DNA of 64,000 nt, taken from Octopus sinensis (taxonomy: Eukaryota). The translations under genes and the position numbers were made by a program. Positions 14,501-25,500 of the stretch are shown here, piece by piece; within the stretch, counting starts at the first letter, position 1, and each line of letters opens with the position of its first letter. The DNA is taken from assembly GCF_006345805.1 (NCBI RefSeq), contig NW_021833298.1:9935-73934 (forward strand). The letters run 5' to 3'. A model generated the notes under the pieces. It had not been told where the DNA came from, made no database searches, and saw nothing but the letters and a program-made list of their open reading frames with translations.

Positions 14501-17500
14501 GATGCCCTTCCTAATGCCAACCACTCTGAGAGTGTAATAGGTGCTATTTAAGTGCCACTGGCACGTGGACAAGTCAGGTGGCACTGGCAACAACCACTCT
14601 CGAATGGTGCTTTTTACACGCTACCATCACTGGAGCCAGTCAGGCAGTACTGGAATCGACCACTCTTGAATGGTGCTTTTTACATTCCACTGGCACATGA
14701 GCCAGTGAGGCAGCACTGGCAACAACCACGCTCGGATGGTGCTTTTAATGTGCCACTTGTACGGGACCAGTCAGCCGGCAGTGACATCGACTACACTCGA
14801 ATGATGCTTTTTATGTGCTACCAGCACAGGAGCCAGTGAGGTGGCACTGGCCATAATCACGCTCAAATGGTGCTTTTAATGTGCCACCATCATGGGTGCA
14901 AATCAGGCAGCACTGTCATTGGCCACGTCAACGATTTCGCTTACTTCAACAGGTCTTCTCAAACACAGTTTATTGCCCAATGATTGAAGGGTACTCTTAA
15001 ATGGGCTGGTTATGCTGCACTGGCATAGGCCACGGTTACAGTCTCACTTGGCACACCTGGTCTTCTCAAGCACAGTGTATCTCCAAAGGTCTCGGTCACT
15101 TGTCATCACCTCCGTCAGGCCCAACGTTTGATGGTTGTGCTTCACCACCTCATCTCAGGTCTTCCTGGGTCTACTACTTCCACAGGTTCCCTCCACTGTT
15201 AGAGTGTGACACTTTTTCACACAACTGACCTCATCAGTGTCTCATGACCATACCAGTCGTCTCTCTTGCACACCACATCTGATGCTTCTTAAGTCCAACT
15301 CTTCTCTTAGGCCACTTACACTGTTGTGTATGCACACTGACATTACACATCCAGTGGAGCATACAACCTTCATTTATTGCAAGCTTACACATGTCCTCAG
15401 CAGTCACATCCCATGTTCCACTGCCATGTAGCATCGCTGTTCATACACATGCGTCATACAGTCTACCTTTCACTCTGAGAGAGACCCTTTGTTACCAGCA
15501 GAGGTAGGAGCTTTCTGAACTTTGCCCAGGATATGCTTATTCTAACAGTTATGCTCTCGGAGCATTCACCCCCTACTACTGGGTTGGTCACCTAGGTAAC
15601 AGAAGCTATCAACTACTTCTAGTTTTTCACCCTGGAATGTGATGTAAATTGTTTTCTGCACATCTTCAGTGTTTATTGCTCCTGAGCATCTGCCACACAC
15701 AAAAACTATCTTCCCAGTTAGCCCCACCCCTTTGATATTGCTGCTTCTCTCATGTGTCTATATCTTATACCGGGTACATCTTATGGAGTTTCTATCTACA
15801 CATTTCCTACAAATTGAGCAGGGCCATCTATCTGAAGGGATTTGTGGGATGTCTGCCTTCTTACTAAGGCTTTGGTTTTTGCTAGATCGACTCTAAGGCC
15901 CTTCAATTTTTAGACCTTGCTTCCGCACCTGAAATGTCTTCTCTAGTTCTGGTAGTGACTCAGCTATTAGAGCAAGGTCATCAGCATAGAGAAGCTCCCA
16001 AGGGCAGACTGTCTTGAATTCCTCTTTTATTGTCTGGACGACTATGAAAGGGGCCTGAAGACCAATCCTTAGTGAACCTCTACTTCTACCTGGAATTCTT
16101 CACTAGACTCATTGCCGACCCTTATCTTACTGACAGCATCCCTGTACATGGCTTGCACAGCTCTCACTAACCATTCATCTATCCCTAGTTTCCTCATTGA
16201 CCACCAGATAAAGGATTGGGGCACCCTGTCAAAGGCTTTCTCCATATCAACAAAAGCCAGATACAGAAGTTTATGTTTGGCTAGGTATTTCTCTTGCAGC
16301 TGTCTTACCAGAAATATAGCATCAGTGGTGCTTTTCCACGGCACAAACCCAAACTGTATCTTGTCTAAACTGACTCTCTCCCTAATTAGTTGGGCTACAA
16401 CCCTCTCTGTGACTTTCATTACTTGATCCAACAACTTGATACCTCTGTAATTATAGTATCTAATGCATCACCTTTACCTTTGTAGCAGTTGACTATGGTG
16501 CTGCTACACCAGTCACTGGGTATGACTCCTTCATGTATCACCTCATTGACTATACAAGTGACTAGACTATAGCCTACACCGCCAGATATTTTAAGCACCT
16601 CTGCAGTGATTCCTGATGGACTGGGGCTTTCCCTGTCTTCATACTCTTAATTGCTTTATCTACCAAGGTACTGTAAATTTAGATAGCTGGTCCCTATGTT
16701 GGGTCGACATTTGGCAGACTCTCTTTCTCCCATTCATTCTCTTCATTTGGCAACCTTTCATAGTGATGTCACCAAGTCTCTCTCTTTGCAGCATCATTAA
16801 ATGCAAGTGAGCCATCCTCCATGCAGACACATTTCTCTCCTATGACATCACGATTCTCTCTCACACACTGTCTTGCAACATGAAGCACCTCAAGTCTTTG
16901 GTCCTCACTACGCAAAACATTGGCAAATTTTTTCCTTTAGTGCTGTTAAAATGTCCAACCCATGCCAGCATGGAAACCAGATGTTAAATGATGATGATGA
17001 TAATTCCATGTTTTATTTTGTTTTCTATTTCCTTTGTGTATTTCAAAATACATTTTTTGTAAATTCTAAAAATTTCAACATAAAACAACAAATACAGCAA
17101 CCAACCTTTATTATTTTTGTCTCTGTAGGAAAAACAACAAAGTAAACGTCTTTGATCTGGCTTGAATTTTGATTTGAGTAGTTTTTCACTGCTTCATACA
17201 TAATTCCAGGTAGTTCTTCAATGGGGTACCTCATTTTTCCAGTCCCTAATATAGGAAATGCCAGGCTTTTTGCTCCCATTCTCTCAGCAGTTTTTAGACA
17301 ATTGGTTATTATTTGAGTCAAGTTTGCTAAAATCTATAAAAATAATTGTTTAGTAATTGATAATGAACATTTTATTAAATTATTTTCTTACTACAGGAAG
17401 GAATCATTAAGTTGTATTAAATATAATCCCCCTTCAGTTAGATGGCCCTGCTCGATCTGTAGAAAAGGCGTAGGGAGAAACTCCATAAGATGTACCCAGT

Positions 17501-19961
17501 CTAAGCTATGGACACATAAGAGGGGCAGAGGTATCAGAGGAAAGTTATCTGGGAAAATATTTTTTGTGTGTGGAAGGTGTAATAAACAGTAGAAATGTAC
17601 AGAAAAGAGACTCCATCAAGTGACAGTGGGGAAAGTTAGAAGTAGTTGATAGCTCCTATTATCTAGGTGACCAAGTTAGTAGCGGAGGTGGATGCTCTGA
17701 AAGAATAGCTACTAGAATAAGACGAGGCCAGGCAAAGTGCAGAGAGCTTCTACTTCTGCTGGTAACAAAAGACCATGAAGTTAGTGTGCTACACTGGATG
17801 TGCAATGCCATTGTGCGTGTACAACAGAGAGTAAGTGTCATGAGAGTCGAGAGAAAAAAATGGCCATAAGAGGCATCAGATGTGGTGGTGGTGCAAGAGA
17901 CACAACTGCATTGGTATGTGATGTGCACGGACAGGGACGGCTGTGTGAAGAAGTGATGATATCTAACTTTGGAGGGAACCTGTGGAAGACCCAGGAAAAC
18001 ATGGGATGAGGTGGTGAAGCATGACCTTTGAATGTTTGGGCCTCACAGAGGCAATCACAACTGACCAAGACTTTTGGCAATATACTGTGTGTGAGGGGAC
18101 TAATCAGGTCTAGTGGAATCGTAGCTGAAGCCATGCCAGTGTCATGTAAAGGCTAGCTGTGAATGGTCATCGTGGTCACTGCCATATACATAACACCCAT
18201 GCATCATACTTGTGCTCATTGATGGTGCCATGTAAATTGGGACGTGGGAATCATGACCAATGGTGATGCCGTGCAAATGGCACCTATGCATTGTGGTCAT
18301 AGTCACTGTCGGTGCCATGTAAATTGCACCCATCCACGAATCATAGTTGTGGCTGTGGTCGGTCTCATGTGAATGGCGCCCATACTGGTGGTATGTAAAG
18401 GTACCCATTACACTCCTGGAATGGTTAGCGTTAGCAAGAACATCCAGCTGTAGAAACCATGCCAAATCAGACTGGAACCTGGTGCAGCTCCTCAGCTTAT
18501 CATCCCCCAGTTAAAATGTCCAACCCATGCCAGCATGGAAAGCAGACGTTAAAATATGATGATGATTTTGTTGTTCTAAACAGAAATGTTTTACAGATTT
18601 GAATAATAATAAACAACTTCTAGTGACTATTGGATTAACAGATCATGTGGTCATTGGATTAACACAGATCATGTGGTCATTGGATTAACACAGATCATGT
18701 GACAGAAGGATCAACACAGATCATGTGATAGCAGGAAGTCTGGTCTGAGTGAAGATATGGATGCCATGAATGGAAAGAGAAATGTTCCAAGATTTGGTAG
18801 TTGCACAGTGTAATTCAGGTGGAATTTTGTAATTAACAAAAAAAAAAAAAACAGTAATATGGAAGAGGGGAGATTAATTATTATTTACAAGAGGGAAATC
18901 TGGGTGAGAACATACTGCAAGAAGCAACAAAACCACCCACAAGGCAGGGTGCCACAGGCACAAAAGACTCTACACTGCACACAAGAGACTATGGTTGAGT
19001 CGAAATGTTCAGGGAATATCTACAATAGAGTCTACATCAATTTCAAACAACCAGAATCCATGCTTTGGAAACTGTACAGAATACCACAACACCAGACTGT
19101 CACACTGTAGCCCAAACTGCACATCACTGGACATCAAAGTACATGCTACTGTCTTGAAGCAGACGGAGGTGTTGTATGACTGGAAAAACATATCTGTGGA
19201 TTGTGCATAGTTTTATGGACAATTCCATTCATGCCACAGGGATGCTGGATCAATGATTACCTAGGGTTGTACAACAACTCTTTCAATAAAACAATATCAT
19301 ATGATTGATACTTACTGAATCGGGGGAATCGTCATTCCAAAAGCGTAATGCCAGATGAAATACATTCTTACACTTGAGGTTGTATCCTTTAGTGATGGCT
19401 ATTTCAGATGCAGAAATACCTCGAGGATATTTCTGGTTACATTCGCTTTGTATCTCTGAACCAGCAGCATTGAGAATAAATTTGGAGACAGCACCTCTCT
19501 GAAGCTGGAGCTGTTTATTGCTGCTGTTAACGATGACATCAACCTAGAAAAGTAATTAATGGTAAACAACTAAGGAACATTCCGTAGAGAGAAGAGAGAT
19601 ACATTGTTGCAGTTGATATTGTTGTTAAGAAAGGCTCTACAGAATGGCTGTAGTAAGTTTGAGGTTGTTAAAGTTAGCAAAAGATATACTCAAGATATCA
19701 GATGTGAAGGAAATAAAATGTTTGAGTTTGATTGAGAAAATGTTTTAATTAACTTTAATGATTCCTCATTTGGAAATGAAATAACAATTAAATATAAATA
19801 AGTTACATGAATCTATTTACTCACAGATGCATTAGAAATTGAATCAATCAATAGTTGTATTTTGATGCCAGCATTTTCTCTGGATGTCACAGTAGTTCTG
19901 TATAACATGGAGGATAATTTCTGTAGTGAACCAGGAAAGGATGGGTTTGGTGATGGGGTAT
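1340..19961 (-). CDS. Spliced multi-macrodomain protein gene, PARP14/PARP15 (macro-PARP)-like, partial; 9 coding exons here, continuing off the left edge
   Basis: Exons 19961-19825, 19543-19316, 17333-17106, 12394-12343, 7291-7152, 6870-6643, 5816-5588, 2771-2717, 1405-1340 all have AG/GT ends and compatible phases (1-0, 0-0, 0-0, 0-1, repeated). The translation has macrodomain motifs VDVIVNSxN, LxLxxGxxSKFILNAAG and SLAFPxLGxG. No PARP catalytic domain is in the window, so the family assignment is inferred. Confidence 0.85.
1941..2164. repeat. 56-bp tandem repeat x4 leading into an RTE-tail element
   Basis: gcagttccctagggatgct recurs at 1941, 1997, 2053, 2109 and partially at 2165. Confidence 0.9.
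2165..2680 (-). mobile_element. Short RTE-3'-tail (SINE-like) copies with (CAT)n tail
   Basis: catcatcat..tttccatgctggcatgg / ggatgcccttcctaacgccaac motifs, identical to the 3' ends of the longer RTE copies in the window. Confidence 0.75.
2717..2771 (-). CDS. Module 1 exon D (55 nt, phase 0-1) KFKEYFQEISTDGSTASS
   Basis: Acceptor ttacttctaacag, donor G/gtaaat; completes the terminal macrodomain helix and parallels exon 12343-12394. Confidence 0.75.
3915..5142. mobile_element. Foldback/MITE-like palindromic element, left arm interrupted by a CR1 fragment
   Basis: 3915-4028 plus 4480-4736 is the reverse complement of 4757-5142 around a 20-nt loop; contains ccctaaccctaa; a partial family member lies at 3483-3720. 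Confidence 0.8.
4029..4480 (+). mobile_element. CR1-clade LINE 3' fragment
   Basis: ORF 4028..4357 ends TRGHIYKVRK..RKHFFTLRVAEAWNKLPASVV..ASFK, the typical CR1 ORF2 C-terminus. A second ~90-bp copy of its 3'UTR is inverted at ~3158-3245. Confidence 0.85.
5588..5816 (-). pseudogene. Module 1 exon C (229 nt), macrodomain C-half with +1 frameshift
   Basis: ILANLTQIITICLEKAEELGAKSLAFP, then an extra base at 5735/5736, then TLGAGKLRYPIEELPGIMYEAVKNYSIQNTSRIKVVNFVVYPQDTEILK. The paralogous exon is 228 nt. Uncorrected, the frame stops at TGA (5702-5700). Confidence 0.85.
6643..6870 (-). CDS. Module 1 exon B (228 nt, phase 0-0), macrodomain core
   Basis: VDVIVNSTNEHLQLDKGSISKFILNAAGPQIQSECNQKYPQGISASEIAITKGYNLKCKNVFHLALRFWNEDSPDS; ttttctag acceptor, gtaagt donor. 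Confidence 0.92.
7152..7291 (-). CDS. Module 1 exon A (140 nt, phase 1-0), linker plus first macrodomain strands
   Basis: (D)TSSPNPSFPGPQQKAAPITSTTNVISTENVGGVKINLTIGSITNVS; ttattttcag acceptor, gtgagt donor. Confidence 0.85.
8150..10075 (+). mobile_element. Heavily decayed R4/Dong-like (REL) non-LTR retrotransposon fragments
   Basis: Remnants EYFQRIKSILKSKL, GIIRWEMEDLENRDGKTRNLL, LYFKRKNGGRRL and RHDKTVTTTHWQICKK in broken frames; adjacent to (AAT)n. Confidence 0.6.
10321..11501 (-). mobile_element. RTE-clade LINE 3' fragment
   Basis: ORF 10989..11516 (EKLEVVDSFHYL..AARIRIVWAKFRELLPL..LYDACVRAAMLHGSETW..RRLRWYGHV) plus a (GAT)n tail. Confidence 0.9.
11696..12068. mobile_element. Near-perfect 179-bp-arm palindrome (MITE-like, TA-flanked)
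   Basis: 11696-11874 is the reverse complement of 11890-12068 with 3 mismatches seen and a 15-nt loop; begins and ends with TA. Confidence 0.85.
12343..12394 (-). CDS. Module 2 exon D (52 nt, phase 0-1) IFTEYLNRQKNEGFHSK
   Basis: ttgttttcacag acceptor, G/gtaaac donor; G+AT joins exon 7291 in frame. Confidence 0.75.
13545..13870 (+). mobile_element. tRNA-derived SINE (CORE-like central domain), decayed
   Basis: B-box-like ggttcagtctc, cttggacaagtctctt core, gaaactgaaagaagcctgtcgt body; same family as 29590-29985. Confidence 0.65.
14045..14372 (+). mobile_element. R4/Dong-like RT fragment
   Basis: CMIPLTLALRKMNLGFQLKGKSQTVNHFFFMDDLKL (RT motif region) directly after (AAT)n. Confidence 0.65.
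14378..16865 (-). mobile_element. RTE LINE, 5'-truncated, dead (RT region plus 3'UTR)
   Basis: LLDQVMKVTERV..QFGFVP..STTDAIFLVRQLQEKYLAK..LAFVDMEKAFDRVP and CPWELLYADDLALIAE; stops and frameshifts. Confidence 0.92.
17106..17333 (-). CDS. Module 2 exon C (228 nt, phase 0-0), macrodomain C-half
   Basis: ILANLTQIITNCLKTAERMGAKSLAFPILGTGKMRYPIEELPGIMYEAVKNYSNQNSSQIKDVYFVVFPTETKIIK (core of ORF 17043..17321); canonical splice sites. Confidence 0.92.
17430..18566 (+). mobile_element. RTE LINE 3' fragment inserted in module 2 intron B-C
   Basis: WPCSICRKGVGRNSI zinc-knuckle remnant through to the ..ccatgccagcatggaaagcagacgttaa(gat)n tail; absent from the paralogous module 1 intron. Confidence 0.85.
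19316..19543 (-). CDS. Module 2 exon B (228 nt, phase 0-0), macrodomain core
   Basis: VDVIVNSSNKQLQLQRGAVSKFILNAAGSEIQSECNQKYPRGISASEIAITKGYNLKCKNVFHLALRFWNDDSPDS; canonical splice sites. Confidence 0.92.
19825..19961 (-). CDS. Module 2 exon A (137 nt, phase 1-0)
   Basis: (D)TPSPNPSFPGSLQKLSSMLYRTTVTSRENAGIKIQLLIDSISNAS; homologous to 7152-7291 with the same splice sites. Confidence 0.85.
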
Positions 19962-20084
19962 CTGAAAATAAACAAATAGCAATATATATGTAAAACAACT
20001 CTCCTTTACAACTGTACACCTGTTTCTGTTCTATTTCTTGTTATCTCTCTCTCTCCCTCTTCCCCTATCTCTCAGGCCAGGTAA

Positions 20085-21320
20085 CCTTGTACCTCCTCCT
20101 CAGCAAGGCACATGTTTCTATCTCTCCATCTCACTCTAACATTTTATCATCTGACACAAGAACCTCTCCTGCAATGCCCCCTCTCCTCTCAAAGGATTCT
20201 TGTCTTGCAAGGTACTTGGTGACCCTGCCAGTGCTGGTGCCACTTAAAAAGCATCCACTCCACACTGTAAAGTGGTTGGTGTTTGGAAGGGCATCCAACA
20301 GTAGAAACCTTGCCAAAACTGACCTTGCCTGTGCTGGTGTCACATAAAAAGCAGTCAATCCACTCTGTGGGGTGGTTGGTGTTGGGAAGAGCATCCAGCC
20401 ATAAAAACCATGTCAAAACAGACACAGATGTTTGGTGCGGTCTTCTTTCTGGCTAGCCCTGGTCAGACCATCCAACCCATGCCAGCAGGGAAAAAAGCTG
20501 TTAAATGACAAAGAAGATGATGGCGATGATATATATATTATCATCATCATCATCATTTAGCATCTGTTGTCCAAGCTGGCATGGGTTGGACAGTTTGACC
20601 AGGTCTGGAAGGCTGCACCAGACCCCAATCTGATCTGGCATGGTGTCTACAGCTGGATGCCCTTCCTAATGCCAACCAATCCAAGAGTGTAGTGGGTGCT
20701 TTTACGTGCCACCAGCATGGGTGCCATTTGCACGACACTGGTATCTGCCCCGACTGCCATTTTACTTGGCTTCATGGCTCTTCTTCTTAAGCACGACATA
20801 ATGCCAAAGCACTCTGTCATTACTTCTGTGAGGCCCAACATTTGAAAGGTTGGCACGTGTGCCAGTTATGTGACACCAGCATCAACCACGACCATGATTT
20901 CACTTGGCTTCACAGGTCCTCTCAAGCACAGGACATTGCCAAAGGTCTTGATCACTAGTCAATACCTCTGTGAGGCCCAAAGTTTGAAGATCATGCTTCA
21001 CAACGTCGTCCCGTGTCTACCTCTACCACAGGTTCCCTCCACAGTTAGAAACCAGCACTTATTTACACAGCTGTCCTTGTCCAAACGCATCACATGACCA
21101 TACCAGTGCAGGCTTCTCTCTTGCACCACCACATCTGATGCCTCTTACACCCAGCTTTTCTCTAAAGATGTTTACACTCTGTTGAACATGCACATGGACA
21201 TTGCACAGCCAATGAAGCATACAAGCTTCATTTCTTTCAACCCTATGCATATCCTCAGCTGTAACAGTCCATGTTTCACTGCCATGTAGCATAGCCATTC
21301 ACACACAATCTGCCTTTCAC
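20085..21320. mobile_element. Tail-to-tail pair of RTE 3' fragments (+ 20085-20520, - 20540-21320)
   Basis: Same RTE tail motifs in opposite orientation; ORF 21059..21298 AMLHGSETWTVTAEDM. Confidence 0.8.
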
Positions 21321-21629
21321 ACACACACATGTATACACAAAACTTAAAGAATGGTATAGATAAGATCCGGGCTACAAGCGGAATATCAGAAGTGGTAAAT
21401 CTCCAAGCGAGGTGTATACTGCAGCCTACTCATCAGGCTGAGGGTATCTTGATTAAATAAATGTTTACATTGTAATAAGGAGGTACACGTTAACACATGG
21501 AAGACTCAGTCAGAATGAATAGAGAGCACAGAAGGAGAGGAGAACATAAATGGGGAGAGAAAGAAGAAGAAAAGAAAAAAAACATGTGAAGTGAGAGGAG
21601 TGAGGAATATAAATAAGGTCATTTGTCCA

Positions 21630-22020
21630 GTAGTATTCAATAAAGCTGCTAAGGTGGTATTTCATCTGTCTGTACGTTCTGAGTTCAAATTCCGCCGAGG
21701 TCGACTTTGCCTTTCATCCTTTCGGGGTCGATTAAATAAGTACCAGTTACGCACAGGGGTCGATATAATCGACTTAATCCATTTGTCTGTCCTTGTTTGT
21801 CCTCTCTGTGTTTAGCCCCTTGTGGGTAGTAAAGAAATAGGTATTTCGTCTGTTTTTACATTCTGAGTTCAAACTCCAGTGAGGTCGACTTTGCATTTCA
21901 TCCTTCCGGGGTCAATAAATTAAGTACCAGTTGTGTACTGGGGTCGATCTAATTGATTGGCCCCCTTCCACAAAAAATTTGGGCCTTGTGCCTAGAGTAG
22001 AAAGGATTATTCAATAGGGC
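21630..22020 (+). mobile_element. Two tandem tRNA-SINE copies (Meta/MESC-like central domain)
   Basis: gagttcaaattcc B-box followed by gtcgactttgcctttcatcctttcggggtcgat..aagtaccag, twice; inverted family members at ~39345-39560 and ~1450-1575. The domain name is from memory. Confidence 0.7.
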
Positions 22021-22534
22021 TGCTTTGGTCGAATTGCAGAAGGGGAGAGGTATTAGAAAGGTAATGTGTGGGGAAGAGGGTGGGGAAATGTTTTTAGTGA
22101 AGAGGGAGACAAAAGTATGAAGAAAGCAAGAGAGAATGGAGAAGAATCATGGCGGCTACCACATGTGTCCAATTCGTGAATGTATATTGTGTGCTGGGAG
22201 CATGTTTACAGTATGAAGTAGGGGAGGTGTCTGTTGGCGGCTGTACCTGTAAGGTTATGAGCAGGAGTGGGGCGGCAGGTGAGATAATAGGAAAAAATGT
22301 TTAAATGGTATGGGAAAAATACAGAGAGAAGCAAGTAAATGGTAACATGGAATTAAAGGGAAGACATATTGCCGGTTTAATAATATGGCAGTAGTAAGGG
22401 GGGCATAAGAGGGAAAATTTATGAAGGCTGGGGGGGATGCGGAGTGTGGTTGTTGTGTTTAGAAAATGGATTTGGTGATCAAGTTTTCTCAAATAAGAGA
22501 CGGAGATTGGTTTGTTGGGGTAGGATGTGTGAAA

Positions 22535-25500
22535 AGTTTTCTTGTTAGGTGTGGGTGGAGCACACAGATCTGGGGCTAGGGGATAGCAGTGAGACAGGGC
22601 CAGGAGGACAGGACTGGGGAGTGGGAGGTAAGACTAGTGCATGAAGGAGGAGATGTGAGGAAGAGATGTAGTTTGGTTTGTTGTGGTAGGGCGTGCGAGA
22701 AGTTTTCATTTTAAGTGTGGGTGGAGCACACAGATCTGGGGCTAGGGGATAGCAGTGAGACAGGGCCAGGAGGACAGGACTGGGGAGTGGGAGGTAAGCC
22801 TAGTGTATGAAGGAGGAGATGTGAGGAAGAGATGTAGTTTGGTTTGTTGGGGTAGGGCGTGCGAGAAGTTTTCTTGTTAGGTGTGGGTGGAGCACACAGA
22901 TCAGGGGCTAGGGGATAGCAGTGAGACAGGGCCAGGAGGACAGGACTGGGGAGTGGGAGGTAAGCCTAGTGCATGAAGGAGGAGATGTGAGGAAGAGATG
23001 TAGTTTGGTTTGTTGTGGTAGGGCGTGCGAGAAGTTTTCATTTTAAGTGTGGGTGGAGCACACAGATCTGGGGCTAGGGGATAGCAGTGAGACAGGGCCA
23101 GGAGGACAGGACTAGGGAGTGGGAGGTAAGCCTAGTGCATGAAGGAGGAGATGTGAGGAAGAGATGTAGTTTGGTTTGTTGGGGTAGGGCGTTCGAGAAG
23201 TTTTCTTGTTAGGTGTGGGTGGAGCACACAGATCTGGGGCTAGGGGATAGCAGTGAGACAGGGCCAGGAGGACAGGACTGGGGAGTGGGAGGTAAGCCTA
23301 GTGCATGAAGAGGAGATGTGAGGAAGAGATGTAGTTTGGTTTGTTGTGGTAGGGCATGCGACAAGTTTTCTTGTTAGGTGTGTGGGTGGAGCACACAGAT
23401 CTGGGGCTAGGGGATAGCAGTGAGACAGGGCCAGGAGGACAGGACTTGGGAGTGGGAGGTAAGCCTAGATTATGAAGGAGGAGATGTGAGGAAGAGATGT
23501 AGTTTGGTTTGTTGTGGTAGGGCATGCAAGAAGTTTCCGTGTTAAGTGTGGGTGGAGCACACAGATCTGGGGCTAGGGGATAGCAGTGAGACAGGGCCAG
23601 GAGGACAGGACTGGGGAGTGGGAGGTAAGCCTAGATTATGAAGGAGGAGATGTGAGGAAGAGATGTAGTTTGGTTTGTTGTGGTAGGGCATGCGAGAAGT
23701 TTCCGTGTTAAGTGTGGGTGGAGAACACAGATCTGGGGCTAGGGGATAGCAGTGAGACGGGCCAGGAGGACAGGACTGGGGAGTGGGAGGTAAGCCTAGA
23801 GTATGAAGGAGGAGATGTGAGGAAGAGATGTAGTTTGGTTTGTTGTGGTAGGGCATGCGAGAAGTTTTCGTGTTAAGTGTGGGTGGAGCACACAGATCTG
23901 GGGCTAGGGGATAGCAGTGAGACCGGGCCAGGAGGACAGGACTGGGAAGTGGGAGGTAAGCCTAGAGTATGAAGGAGGAGATGTGAGGAAGAGATGTAGT
24001 TTGGTTTGTTGTGGTAGGGCATGCGAGAAGTTTCCGTGTTAAGTGTGGGTGGAGACACACAGATCTGGGGCTAGGGGGTAGCAGTGAGACAGGGCCAGGA
24101 GGACAGGACTGGGGAGTGGGAGGTAAGCCTAGAGCATGAAGGAGGAGATGTGAGGAAGAGATGTAGTTTGGTTTGTTGTGGTAGGGCATTCGAGAAGTTT
24201 TCATGTTAAGTGTGGATGGAGCACACAAATCGGGGGCTAGGGGATAGCAGTGAGACAGGCCAGGAGTACAGGACTGGGGAGTGGGATGTAAGCCTAGAGC
24301 ATGAAGGAGGAGATGTGAGGAAGAGATGTAGTTTGGTTTGTTGTGGTAGGGCATGCGAGAAGTTTCCGTGTTAGTGTGGGTGGAGCACACAGATCTGGGG
24401 CTAGGGGATAGCAGTGAGACAGGGCCAGGAGGACAGGACTGGGGAGTGGGAGGTAAGCCTAGAGCATGAAGGAGGAGAGGTGAGGAAGAGATGTAGTTTG
24501 GTTTGTGGTGGTAGGGCATGCGAGAAGTTTTCGTGTTAAGTGTGGGTGGAGCACACAGATCTGGGGCTAGGGGATAGCAGTGAGTCAGGGCCAGGAGGAC
24601 AGGACTGGGGAGTGGGAGGTAAGCCTAGAGCATGAAGGAGGAGATGTGAAGAAGAGATGTAGTTTGGTTTGTTGTGGTAGGGCATGCGAGAAGTTTCCGT
24701 GTTAAATGTGGGTGGAGCACACAGATCTGGGGCTAGGGGATAGCAGTGAGACAGGGCCAGGAGGACAGGACTGGGGAGTGGGAGGGAAGCCTAGAGCATG
24801 AGGAGGAGAGGTGAGGAAGAGATGTAGTTTGGTTGTGGTGGTAGGGCATGCGAGAAGTTTCCGTGTTAAATGTGGGTGGAGCACACAGATCTGGGGCTAG
24901 GGGATAGCAGTGAGTCAGGGCCAGGAGGACAGGACTGGGGAGTGGGAGGTAAGCCTAGAGCATGAAGGAGGAGATGTGAAGAAGAGATGTAGTTTGTTTG
25001 TTGTGGTAGGGCATGCGAGAAGTTTCCATGTTAAATGTGGGTGGAGCACACAGATCTGGGGCTAGGGGATAGCAGTGAGACAGGGCCAGGAGGACAGGAC
25101 TGGGGAGTGGGAGGTAAGCCTAGAGCATGAAGGAGGAGATGTGAAGAAGAGATGTAGTTTGTTTGTTGTGGTAGGGCATGCGAGAAGTTTCCGTGTTAAG
25201 TGTGGGTGGAGCACACAGATCTGGGGCTAGGGGATAGCAGTGAGACAGGGCCAGGAGGACAGGACTGGGGAGTGGGAGGTAAGCCTAGTGCATGAAGGAG
25301 GAGATGTGAGGAAGAGATATAGTTTGGTTTGTTGTGGTAGGGTAGGGCGTTTGAGAAGTTTCCGTGTTAAGTGTGGGTGGAGCACACAAATGAGGGGCTA
25401 GGGGATAGCAGTGAGACAGGTCCAGGAGGACAGGACTGGGGAGTGGGATGTAAGCCTAGAGCATGAAGGAGGAGATGTGAGGAAGAGATGTAGTTTGGTT

